From NCBI GenBank assembly GCA_964537135.1, contig CAZHZC010000002.1:31700-95699 (forward strand): 64,000 bases of DNA, read 5' to 3'. Each line of letters starts with the position of its first letter. Position 1 is the first letter of the stretch. Source of the DNA: an uncultured Rikenella sp. GTDB lineage: Bacteria; Bacteroidota; Bacteroidia; Bacteroidales; VadinHA17. Below are positions 30,899-39,918 of the stretch, one piece after another. The position numbers were made by a program, and so were the translations under genes. The notes below the pieces were generated by a model. It made no database searches, was not told the origin of the DNA, and saw only the letters and a list, made by a program, of their open reading frames with translations.

Positions 30899-30921
30899 AC
30901 AACAGTCAAGCGTAGAGAGAG

Positions 30922-31683
30922 ATGCGACATTTGAATGCTATAAACCAGCTTGGAAGAAAAAGCTCTGAAAGAAAGGCGATGATTGCAAATATGGCCTCAT
31001 CACTTATTCTTCACAAGCGTATATCAACCACCACCGCCAAGGCACGTGTGCTGAGAAGCTATGTTGAGCCGGTGATAAACAGATCAAAGGATGATTCAAC
31101 ACATTCACGCAGAATGGCTTTCAGATACCTGAAAGACAAGTATGCCGTGGCTGAACTGTTCAGGGAGGTGGCACCACGGGTGGCTGACAGGCCGGGAGGG
31201 TATACCCGCATACTGAAGACCGGAACACGGTATGGTGACGGCGCTGACATGTGTATCATAGAGCTGGTTGACTTCAATGAAAATATGCTGGCCGATACTG
31301 CTACAAAGGGCAGGGCAACACGCCGCCGCCGGAGCCCAAGGAAAAAGAGCGCTGAGGGTGCCGTCACAGCAAAGGAGACCACAGCCAGAAGAGAAGCAGC
31401 TGAGACAGCTGCCGAGACAGCTGCCGAGACTGCTGCCGAGACTGCTGCCGAGACAGCTGCCGAGACTGCTGCCGAGCCAGCCAGTGAGACCACAGCCGAT
31501 AGCCCGGAAACAGTCACCGATCTGGCTGATACTGTGACAGAGACCACCACCGGGGAAGCTGACAGTGTCACTGAAGCTTCCGCAGCTGTGGCTGAAGCAG
31601 ACGGTGATGGCGCCCAGGCTTCTGACACAACCGGTAAGAGTGACTCAGATCAGCCGGAGGCTGAGAGTGAGGAGCCTCAATAG
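30922..31683 (+). CDS. rplQ: 50S ribosomal protein L17 with long acidic low-complexity C-terminal extension
   Basis: N-terminal ~125 aa is canonical ([20 protein letters not shown]...[16 protein letters not shown]). About 125 aa of A/E/T-rich tail follows. Confidence 0.95.
   Translation: MRHLNAINQLGRKSSERKAMIANMASSLILHKRISTTTAKARVLRSYVEPVINRSKDDSTHSRRMAFRYLKDKYAVAELFREVAPRVADRPGGYTRILKTGTRYGDGADMCIIELVDFNENMLADTATKGRATRRRRSPRKKSAEGAVTAKETTARREAAETAAETAAETAAETAAETAAETAAEPASETTADSPETVTDLADTVTETTTGEADSVTEASAAVAEADGDGAQASDTTGKSDSDQPEAESEEPQ
31396..31479. repeat. 12-bp in-frame tandem repeat (GCTGCCGAGACN) x7 inside the rplQ tail
   Basis: Encodes (AAET)n. Units at 31396, 31408, 31420, 31432, 31444, 31456 and 31468. 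Confidence 0.9.
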
Positions 31684-31706
31684 CAGCCGGTTATGATCAT
31701 CATATA

Positions 31707-31743
31707 AAAGGGGTATTGTCACATCGGCCATATCCCTTTTTTT
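31707..31743 (+). terminator. rho-independent terminator after rplQ
   Basis: AAAGGGGTAT (31707-31716) pairs with ATATCCCTTT (31730-31739): 10 bp including one G-U, 13-nt loop, then a T-run to 31743. Confidence 0.7.
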
Positions 31744-31774
31744 CGTATATTGCATATTAATTATTAAAACCTAA

Positions 31775-33055
<1,281 letters not shown>

Positions 33056-33110
33056 CTGATAAGCTGATAAGCCGATAGCGGTGATGCCGCCGGGCAGCCC
33101 GAAAAGATTA

Positions 33111-33141
33111 GGAACTCCGCCATGGCGGGGTTCCTGATTTT
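33111..33141 (+). terminator. rho-independent terminator after eno
   Basis: GGAACTCCGC (33111-33120), loop CATG, GCGGGGTTCC (33125-33134), then TGATTTT. Confidence 0.7.
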
Positions 33142-33164
33142 AATCTGGGCTCTCTTTTTATTTA

Positions 33165-33172
33165 TATATTTG
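33165..33172 (+). promoter_or_regulatory. -7 promoter box TATATTTG
   Basis: Exact TAnnTTTG match, 18 nt upstream of ATG 33190. It overlaps the ORF-track GTG 33172, which argues against that start. Confidence 0.5.
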
Positions 33173-33189
33173 TGCAAATCTGTTGCTCA

Positions 33190-35073
33190 ATGTCATTCAA
33201 TGGTCTGACGCAGTTTATTGATCACCTCGAGGCACGGGGTGAGCTGATACGTATAGCTGCTCCTGTCAACCCTCATCTGGAGATAACCGAGATAGCTGAC
33301 CGTTTTGTCAAGAACGGCGGCAAGGCTCTTCTCTTTGAGAATACCGGCACCCCCTTCCCGCTACTGATAAACAGTTTTGCCTCTGACAGCCGTATGGCAG
33401 CAGCCATCGGCCGCTCCTCACTGGATGAGGCGGGGAGTGAGATACTCACGATGATCGAATCGTTCAGCCAGGCACAGGGTATCACAGGCAGGCTCCTCCG
33501 GCTGCCCTCTATGCTTCGTCTCCTTACCCTCACACCACGACGTAAGAGGGGCAGGGGCGAGTGCCAGGAGGTGGTTGAGATGGAGCCCGACCTTGACAGG
33601 CTGCCGGTGTTAAAGTGCTGGCCCTTCGACAGAGAGAGGTTTGTGACCCTCCCGCTGGTGCATACCAGGCACCCGGAGACCGGACGTACCAACCTGGGTA
33701 TGTACAGGATGCAGGTGATGGGGAAAGACAAGACCGGTATGCACTGGCACCGCCACAAGACCGGTGCACGTCATTATAAGGAGTGGAAGAAGAGGGGCGG
33801 GCGCATGCCGGTGACCGTCACCCTGGGCGGCGACCCGGTATATACCTATGCGGCCACGGCGCCGCTGCCGGAAGATATCAGTGAGTACCTGCTGGCTGCC
33901 TTCCTGAGACGTAAAAGGGTCACCTTTGTCAGGTGCCTCACCAATGACCTGTGGGTACCTGCCGACTCAGACTTTGTGATTGAGGGATATATTGACACTA
34001 CGGAAGAGAGGGTGACTGAAGGGCCCTTTGGTGACCATACCGGCTTCTACTCGCTGGCAGACCTCTACCCCGTATTTCATGTGACATGTATCACCCACCG
34101 CCGTGATGCGGTTTACCCCGCAACGATCGTCGGCGTACCCCCTATGGAGGATGTATGGATGAGTAAGGCCACCGAGAAGATCTTTTTCGCTCCCTTAAAG
34201 CTCGCTATCGCCCCTGAGATACGTGACCTCCACATGCCTGCCTCAGGGGTGGCCCACAATATGGTTATTGTCAGTATAGAGAAGAGCTATCCCGGGCAGG
34301 GGATGAAGGTGCTCAGTGCCCTATTCGGTGCCGGTCAGATGATGCTCAGCAAATATATTATTGTGGTGAGCAACAGCGTCTCCGTCACTGACTACCGGGC
34401 GGTGGCCGAAGCCTTCTTCGCCAACGTGCGGTTTGACAGTGACCTGCTCCTCACCCGCGGTCCGCTGGATGTGCTTGACCACGCCTCTGACAGGCTCAGC
34501 ATGGGTGGCAAGCTCGGTATTGATGCTACTGTCAAGCTCTCTGAGGAGCGCACCGGTGAGCAGCGCCATGTGCCGGTGGTGCCGCTCACTGATGACCACC
34601 TTGTTGAAGGGGTGATCACCGGTATGAAGACCATGGCTGACTACTCACTGCCCATAGCTGTCCTGACAATCTCCAAGCCTGAGGAGGGACTCGACATGCA
34701 CCGCCTGTCAGCCTCACTGCCGGCATCACTCACCACGGCAGGAACACTCATAATTGCAGTGGATGACGGGGCTGATGCTGATGACCCTGCCATGCTCACC
34801 TGGCTGGTGACCGGCAACAGCGACCCGGGGCGCGACCTCTACCACCTGGTGGGGGGTGCACTGTTTATCGATGCCACCTCCAAGGTGGGCTCACTGCCGG
34901 TCTTTCCGCGAGAGTGGCCCAATGTGGTCTGCTCAGACCCTAAGACAATAAGCCTGGTAGACAGCAGATGGCCTGAATATGGTATAGGACCACCGGTAGG
35001 GTCACCCTCACTTAAACTGCTGCCACTGGTCAGACCGGGTGAGGCGGCCGTCATAAAAACCAAAAGGGAGTGA
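33190..35073 (+). CDS. UbiD-family (prenyl-FMN-dependent) decarboxylase
   Basis: MSFNGLTQFIDHLEARGELIRIAAPVNPHLEITEIADR...GGKALLFEN...MYRMQV...HWHRHKTGARH...GPFGDHTGFY. About 130 aa C-terminal extension relative to E. coli UbiD. Confidence 0.85.
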   Translation: MSFNGLTQFIDHLEARGELIRIAAPVNPHLEITEIADRFVKNGGKALLFENTGTPFPLLINSFASDSRMAAAIGRSSLDEAGSEILTMIESFSQAQGITGRLLRLPSMLRLLTLTPRRKRGRGECQEVVEMEPDLDRLPVLKCWPFDRERFVTLPLVHTRHPETGRTNLGMYRMQVMGKDKTGMHWHRHKTGARHYKEWKKRGGRMPVTVTLGGDPVYTYAATAPLPEDISEYLLAAFLRRKRVTFVRCLTNDLWVPADSDFVIEGYIDTTEERVTEGPFGDHTGFYSLADLYPVFHVTCITHRRDAVYPATIVGVPPMEDVWMSKATEKIFFAPLKLAIAPEIRDLHMPASGVAHNMVIVSIEKSYPGQGMKVLSALFGAGQMMLSKYIIVVSNSVSVTDYRAVAEAFFANVRFDSDLLLTRGPLDVLDHASDRLSMGGKLGIDATVKLSEERTGEQRHVPVVPLTDDHLVEGVITGMKTMADYSLPIAVLTISKPEEGLDMHRLSASLPASLTTAGTLIIAVDDGADADDPAMLTWLVTGNSDPGRDLYHLVGGALFIDATSKVGSLPVFPREWPNVVCSDPKTISLVDSRWPEYGIGPPVGSPSLKLLPLVRPGEAAVIKTKRE

Positions 35074-35084
35074 TACCACACCTG

Positions 35085-36050
35085 ATGTCGCTGCTCACCA
35101 CCCTCAACACCGGTGAGAGAGGTGATAGTCCTGATACAGGAGGTACCGTGATAATGCTGCTGATAGTGCTGTTGCTGATAGTGGTAGCGGTACAGGCATG
35201 GCTGCTGGTACGCACCAGGAGACACCTGGCAGGAGCACGCAGCGCCTACCGTGAGAAGGAGGAGCAGCGGGCCGAGCTGCAGCTGCGTAACAAGGAGCTT
35301 ACCGACAGCCTCAACTATGCACGACGGATACAGGCTGCCATGCTGCCATCAGAACAGCTGATCAGTAGAATCTTTCCCGACCACTTTATCTTCTACCGGC
35401 CAAAACATATCGTCAGTGGCGACTTCTACTGGTTTGGTGAGCGCGATGACAAGCTCTTCATCGCTGCTGCCGACTGTACCGGACATGGCGTGCCGGGTGC
35501 ACTCATGTCTATGATAGGACTTGAGCTGATACAGAAGATTGTCAACAGTATGAAGATCGATGATACAGACCAGGTGCTGTTGACCATGAACCGTGAGCTT
35601 GAGATGGCCTTCTCACGCGAAGAGGGTGACAGGAGTGCCATCAAGGATGGGATAGAGATAAGCATCTGTGTGATAGACCGTAAAACCAGGGTGATGGAGT
35701 TCTCAGGTGCCTTCCTTCCGGTATACATAGTGCGTGATGATAAACTGATTGAGATCAAGGGCGACAAGAAGAATGTGATACAGTCATTTGCCATGGTCTC
35801 ATTTAACCGGACCAGCTTCACACTGCAGGAGGGTGATATACTCTATCTCTTCACCGATGGTTACGCCGATCAGTTTGGCGGACCGGAAAACAAGAAGTTT
35901 ATGTACCGCCGCCTGAGGCATATCCTGCTGACAATAAGCAAGTATTCGCTCGCCGATCAGCAGCGTATACTCGATGAGACAATAGTGTCATGGATGGAGG
36001 GGCATGACCAGATCGATGATATGATGATACTGGGAGTGAAGCCCTTCTGA
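35085..36050 (+). CDS. PP2C-family (SpoIIE-type) serine phosphatase with N-terminal TM
   Basis: TM MLLIVLLLIVVAVQAWLLV, coiled-coil, then LNYARRIQAAMLP...SGDFYWF...AAADCTGHGVPGALMS...LFTDGYADQ. Start is uncertain: GTG 35070 overlaps the upstream TGA, and ATG 35085 is an alternative. Confidence 0.85.
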   Translation: MSLLTTLNTGERGDSPDTGGTVIMLLIVLLLIVVAVQAWLLVRTRRHLAGARSAYREKEEQRAELQLRNKELTDSLNYARRIQAAMLPSEQLISRIFPDHFIFYRPKHIVSGDFYWFGERDDKLFIAAADCTGHGVPGALMSMIGLELIQKIVNSMKIDDTDQVLLTMNRELEMAFSREEGDRSAIKDGIEISICVIDRKTRVMEFSGAFLPVYIVRDDKLIEIKGDKKNVIQSFAMVSFNRTSFTLQEGDILYLFTDGYADQFGGPENKKFMYRRLRHILLTISKYSLADQQRILDETIVSWMEGHDQIDDMMILGVKPF

Positions 36051-36106
36051 ATCTATATGGTTATCTCTCCACTACCCTGGCAGACACCGGGAGCTCCATG
36101 CTTACA

Positions 36107-36222
36107 CCCCGGTCAGCAGTGATTTCGCCCGGGTCAGCAGTGTTTTCGCCCCGGGTCAGCAGTGCTTTCGCCCGGGTCAGCAGTGCTTACGCCCGGGTCA
36201 GCAGTGCTTACGCCCGGGTCAG
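36107..36222. repeat. 21-bp tandem repeat CCCGGGTCAGCAGTGCTTACG x5.5
   Basis: Units start at 36107, 36128 (22 nt), 36150, 36171 and 36192, with a partial unit at 36213. The last partial unit supplies the sensor kinase stop codon (TCA 36219-36221 on the plus strand). Confidence 0.9.
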
Positions 36223-37550
36223 ATGAGGGCCGTGATCTTCTCTATCAGCACCTCGGGCTCTATCGGCTTACTGATATAGTCATCCATCCCCACTGCCAGG
36301 CACTGCTCACGGTCACCCAGCATGGCGTTTGCCGTTATGGCAATGATAGGTACATGCTCGTGGGTGCTCATCTCCAGGGCCCTGATCTTCTCAGCAGCCA
36401 CCAGTCCGTTCATCACCGGCATCTGCACATCCATCAGTATCAGGTCATACCTGGCGGTACCAAACTTATCAAGTGCCTCCTTGCCGTTGCGTGCCACCTC
36501 AATACTCTTTATCAGCGGCTCGAGCATCAGCTGTGTGATACGCTGGTTTATCGGATTGTCTTCCACCAGCAGTATCCTTAGCTCCCGCAGCTCCTTACGG
36601 CTCTTCTCATCCGATCGTTCACGTATCAGGGAGGAGGGTGCTGCAGGCCTGGTTATCTTGTCAGCCTTGCGCATAAAGATATAGAAGACGAACCATGAGC
36701 CTGTATCTGAGGCAGCCTCCTGCCAGTTACCTCCATTGTCACGTATCAGCCTGCCGGCCAGCGGGTAGGGCTGCCGCTTCTCACCAATGAATATGACAGG
36801 ATTATTTGATGAGAGGGTAAACTCAACCTTTTGCACACCATCCCTGTCGCCTGCCTCCCTCACCTGTATCTTGATGGTCACCTTGCCATCTGACCCTGAG
36901 ATGGCAGCACTGAGCAGGTCAATCAGTATCTGCTTGATCAGTATGGGGTCACCACTATACTCGCTCTCACGCTCACTCTGCTCATCATAGAGTATCACAC
37001 TCTCAATGTGCCTCCTGTTGAGTCTCATCAGCTCTATGGTGTCATGGATTATTGGTCCCAGCCTGAAACGTATCTCACTGCGCCGCTCAAAGGTTATATT
37101 GCCGGCTGTCTCCATGGTGAGGTCATTGACAACCTCCACCATACTGCTGGTGGAGGCGATGAAGGTGTCAACCAGCTCCTGCTGCTTGGGTGACAGGGCT
37201 GTCTCTCCAAGCATATTACCAAGCAGCACCAGGTTGTTGAGTGGCTCCCTGATCTTGTGTGAGAAGGAGTTGATCACCTCCTCATTGGTTTCGGCAATGG
37301 AGGCCAGCTCAATCAGTATACGGCTATTGTCAGCTATCAGCCTGTAGAGGCCGGTTATCACAATGATCAGGGGGACAAGGGCAATGATGCCGGCAGCTAT
37401 GGGAAGGTAGACCATGCCGGTCAGGGCGGTGACAAGGGCAACAATAACCATCAGCAGCGAGAAGAGTGCCGGAACAAGAATGCGGCGTCGCGTGCGGCGG
37501 GTCATCAGATCAGAGTGCGGATGGACGGATGATTTTGAACTGTTTGACAT
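36219..37550 (-). CDS. hybrid sensor histidine kinase / response regulator with degenerate ATP-binding domain
   Basis: Two TMs, H-box SFSHKIREPLNNL, and a receiver domain (ILLVEDNPINQ...DLILMDVQMP...PIIAITANA...DDYISKP). The N-box Asn and G1/G2 boxes are not recognisable. ATG 37550 (MSNSSKS...) is chosen because a -7 box lies downstream of ORF-track start 37598. Confidence 0.85.
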   Translation of the reverse strand: MSNSSKSSVHPHSDLMTRRTRRRILVPALFSLLMVIVALVTALTGMVYLPIAAGIIALVPLIIVITGLYRLIADNSRILIELASIAETNEEVINSFSHKIREPLNNLVLLGNMLGETALSPKQQELVDTFIASTSSMVEVVNDLTMETAGNITFERRSEIRFRLGPIIHDTIELMRLNRRHIESVILYDEQSERESEYSGDPILIKQILIDLLSAAISGSDGKVTIKIQVREAGDRDGVQKVEFTLSSNNPVIFIGEKRQPYPLAGRLIRDNGGNWQEAASDTGSWFVFYIFMRKADKITRPAAPSSLIRERSDEKSRKELRELRILLVEDNPINQRITQLMLEPLIKSIEVARNGKEALDKFGTARYDLILMDVQMPVMNGLVAAEKIRALEMSTHEHVPIIAITANAMLGDREQCLAVGMDDYISKPIEPEVLIEKITALI

Positions 37551-37578
37551 ACTGTAAATGCAGTAGATTAACTCTAAC

Positions 37579-37586
37579 CAAAGATA
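37579..37586 (-). promoter_or_regulatory. -7 promoter box TATCTTTG (minus strand) for the sensor kinase
   Basis: Plus strand CAAAGATA is the reverse complement of TATCTTTG. Lies 29 nt upstream of ATG 37550. Confidence 0.45.
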
Positions 37587-37637
37587 CACCAATTTCAATT
37601 AAGAGAAAGGGAGGCTTGGTTTCTCTGGCCAAAAGAT

Positions 37638-37645
37638 TAAATTTG
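37638..37645 (+). promoter_or_regulatory. -7 promoter box TAAATTTG
   Basis: Exact TAnnTTTG match, 45 nt upstream of ATG 37690. Divergent from the kinase promoter. Confidence 0.45.
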
Positions 37646-37689
37646 TCTTACGGTATAATTTTTGAGAGATAAACTGAAAACAGGGTAGG

Positions 37690-38442
37690 ATGAAGAAGGT
37701 TGCACTGACACTGACAGCACTCACGGTTTACGTGATGATGGTTGGGGCACAGCCGGGAGATACTCTCATTCAGTATGCCCCCGGCTTCAGGTTCAATGAT
37801 GGGATATACCTTAATTTCGACATGGTTAGGAGCAACAGCCCCATACCAAAGGCTAAGCTCTTCACATCGGTTGATTACAATGACAAGGATTTCTTTGACC
37901 AGGTGATCTCAGCCGGCAAGATCTATTTCTATGACAATCTGGGGGTGAGGCAGGAGATAGAGAAGGATAATATTTGGGGGTTTGCCCGTAATGGCGTGCT
38001 CTATGTCAAGGTGCAGAACACCTTTAACCGTATCACCTTTTTTGGCTCTATCATACACTTTGTGGCTGATGTCACCACACGAGCCGGATATAACAATCCG
38101 TACGGATATTATGACCCCTACTACTATGACCCCTACCGCTCATACTATTCACCATACTACAGCCCTTTCTACTCGTCACGCTATTATGACCCCTATTACT
38201 ACGGAGGCTATCCATACCGCAGTAATGTTACACGGACTGACCTGGAGATGTTTATGATCGATTTTGAAACCGGTAAGACATACAAGTATAACCTCGACAA
38301 CCTTGAGATGCTGCTCATGAGAGACCCTGTGCTGTATGAGGAGTTTGTCTCAATGCGAAACCGCAACAAGAAAAAGATGATGTTCGTCTATCTCAGGAAG
38401 TTCAATGAGGCTCATCCGGTATTCCTTCCCACAGGCAAATAG
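37690..38442 (+). CDS. secreted hypothetical protein with an extreme Tyr/Pro-rich insert
   Basis: Signal peptide MKKVALTLTALTVYVMMVGAQ. In residues 134-176, 20 of 43 are Tyr (YNNPYGYYDPYYYDPYRSYYSPYYSPFYSSRYYDPYYYGGYPY). Confidence 0.7.
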   Translation: MKKVALTLTALTVYVMMVGAQPGDTLIQYAPGFRFNDGIYLNFDMVRSNSPIPKAKLFTSVDYNDKDFFDQVISAGKIYFYDNLGVRQEIEKDNIWGFARNGVLYVKVQNTFNRITFFGSIIHFVADVTTRAGYNNPYGYYDPYYYDPYRSYYSPYYSPFYSSRYYDPYYYGGYPYRSNVTRTDLEMFMIDFETGKTYKYNLDNLEMLLMRDPVLYEEFVSMRNRNKKKMMFVYLRKFNEAHPVFLPTGK

Positions 38443-38449
38443 AGGTTTT

Positions 38450-39298
38450 ATGAGATATTATGCCCTTGTTGTTCTGCTACTGATCACCGCCCTGCGTCTG
38501 GGAGGTCAGCAGCGCCCCTGGCCCATGGCAGGTGATATTGAGAGACTCAGTGAATCGGTCACCTGTGTGGTGATGCAGGAGGGGCAGGCCTCATTCTACA
38601 ACGCTGAGATGGGTGACGCCACCAGAGAGTGGTCGCTCACCCCGCTGAAAACGATATCATACAGTGAGTTTGAAAACCTGCTCGATGACCCCTCATACTC
38701 ATTTCTGGTGACAACGGTTGCTACAATCAGCAATGACAGGTCAGGTGCCCGGTATGAGTTCCTCAGCCTGCTGCTGGGTAGTGAAGGGGGCGGACTCAAT
38801 GAGATGCCCGGGTTTTGTGATGTGCCGCTATGCTATGAAGATACACCCTCTGATGAGTACAGCTATATGCTGGGCCCCCTGGTACGCTTTATTGAGCAGC
38901 ACACACGCAGGGTGATGGAGAATCCATCCGGCACGGCACTACGGGATCTCAGATACTATAACAGGAATGTGCCTGACCTGAAAGATAAAACCATACTGCT
39001 GCAGGAGGATGACCTGGTACCCGGACTAAACAGTGAGGCTGCCATAGCAGCTCACTATCGCGGTAAGGTGATGCTGGTTGATGAGGAGGAGATCATCAGT
39101 GCTGTTGAGGAGCAGCGTAAGGATGTGGTGGTGATGCATAGGGTGGCTCCCGCTACGCAGGATGGGAAGGGACTATGTATCAAGATGCTGATAGGTGCCG
39201 ATGATGCGGTACTCTATTACTACAACAGCCACCAGACTGATGCACGTAACCCCGGCGGACTGCTGGTAAGTGACCTGAAGCGTATTTCCCGCTTCTGA
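38450..39298 (+). CDS. secreted hypothetical protein
   Basis: ATG 38450 gives signal-like MRYYALVVLLLITALRLGGQQ. Starts 7 nt after the upstream stop. No motif recognised. Confidence 0.6.
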   Translation: MRYYALVVLLLITALRLGGQQRPWPMAGDIERLSESVTCVVMQEGQASFYNAEMGDATREWSLTPLKTISYSEFENLLDDPSYSFLVTTVATISNDRSGARYEFLSLLLGSEGGGLNEMPGFCDVPLCYEDTPSDEYSYMLGPLVRFIEQHTRRVMENPSGTALRDLRYYNRNVPDLKDKTILLQEDDLVPGLNSEAAIAAHYRGKVMLVDEEEIISAVEEQRKDVVVMHRVAPATQDGKGLCIKMLIGADDAVLYYYNSHQTDARNPGGLLVSDLKRISRF

Positions 39299-39319
39299 GG
39301 ATGCAGCATTCTCACGCAG

Positions 39320-39700
39320 ATGTCGTCATTAATAAAAAATGTGATGCAAATGAGTACCATCTACACACAGTCGGAACGAGACTGGGCAATGTTCTGCCAC
39401 CTGTCATCATTCGCTGCCTACTTCTTCCCGCTGGGAGGTATCGTCGGACCGCTGATCTGCTGGGTGTCACGCAAGGATGAGTCTGAGTGGGTCAACAGAA
39501 ACGGTAAGGCTTCACTCAACTTTCAGCTATCGGTACTGCTCTATACCGTTTTGATTATACCCCTCATATTTCTTTTGGTGGGTATACCACTTCTGATTGC
39601 ACTCCTCATCTTTGAGGTGATCTGTGTGGTGATAGCCAGTATCAGGGCAGCTAAAGGCGAGGCATACCGCTACCCACTCTCAATCCCCTTCATACAGTAG
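39320..39700 (+). CDS. DUF4870-like small membrane protein
   Basis: ERDWAMFCHLSSFAAYFFPLGGIVGPLICWVSRKDESEWVNRNGKASLNFQLS plus two further TMs. Start uncertain (ATG 39320, 39344 or 39350). Confidence 0.65.
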   Translation: MSSLIKNVMQMSTIYTQSERDWAMFCHLSSFAAYFFPLGGIVGPLICWVSRKDESEWVNRNGKASLNFQLSVLLYTVLIIPLIFLLVGIPLLIALLIFEVICVVIASIRAAKGEAYRYPLSIPFIQ

Positions 39701-39724
39701 CAGCCTCCATACAGCAAACCACTA

Positions 39725-39824
39725 CATATTGCCGCTGCCTTCATGCAGCAGCCCCTGCATATTGTAGCTTCCTTATATACGGCAGCTGCTTTCATATTGC
39801 CGCTGCCTTCATGCAGCAGCCCCT
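39725..39824. repeat. 32-bp direct repeat (two copies, 68-bp period) in the intergenic region
   Basis: CATATTGCCGCTGCCTTCATGCAGCAGCCCCT at 39725-39756 and 39793-39824. Confidence 0.85.
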
Positions 39825-39835
39825 ACAGCCATATA

Positions 39836-39859
39836 TGCCTGCCTCAGCGCCGGCAGGCA
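39836..39859 (+). terminator. possible terminator hairpin after the DUF4870-like gene
   Basis: TGCCTGCC (39836-39843), 8-nt loop, GGCAGGCA (39852-39859). A T-run (CTTTTTTA) lies about 20 nt downstream. Confidence 0.35.
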
Positions 39860-39890
39860 GCTGAGAGGCCTCCTGTCACGCTTTTTTATC

Positions 39891-39898
39891 TATTTTTG
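39891..39898 (+). promoter_or_regulatory. -7 promoter box TATTTTTG for hisS
   Basis: Exact TAnnTTTG match. It ends 2 nt before ORF-track ATG 39901, so the real start is most likely ATG 39919. Confidence 0.5.
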
Positions 39899-39918
39899 TC
39901 ATGAAATCTATTTATGCC

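Noticed and set aside
31059-31628. 189-aa minus-strand ORF opposite the rplQ tail.
   Set aside because: It is kept open by the (GCTGCCGAGACN)n repeat and A/S/V-rich low complexity, and it is antisense to a certain gene.
36162-36581. Plus-strand ORF MLSPGSAVLTPGSAVLTPGS... starting inside the 21-bp array. ORF 46024-46284 (minus) runs similarly through the 24-bp array.
   Set aside because: The reading frames are kept open only by the repeat units and then run antisense into real genes. I treat them as repeat artefacts.
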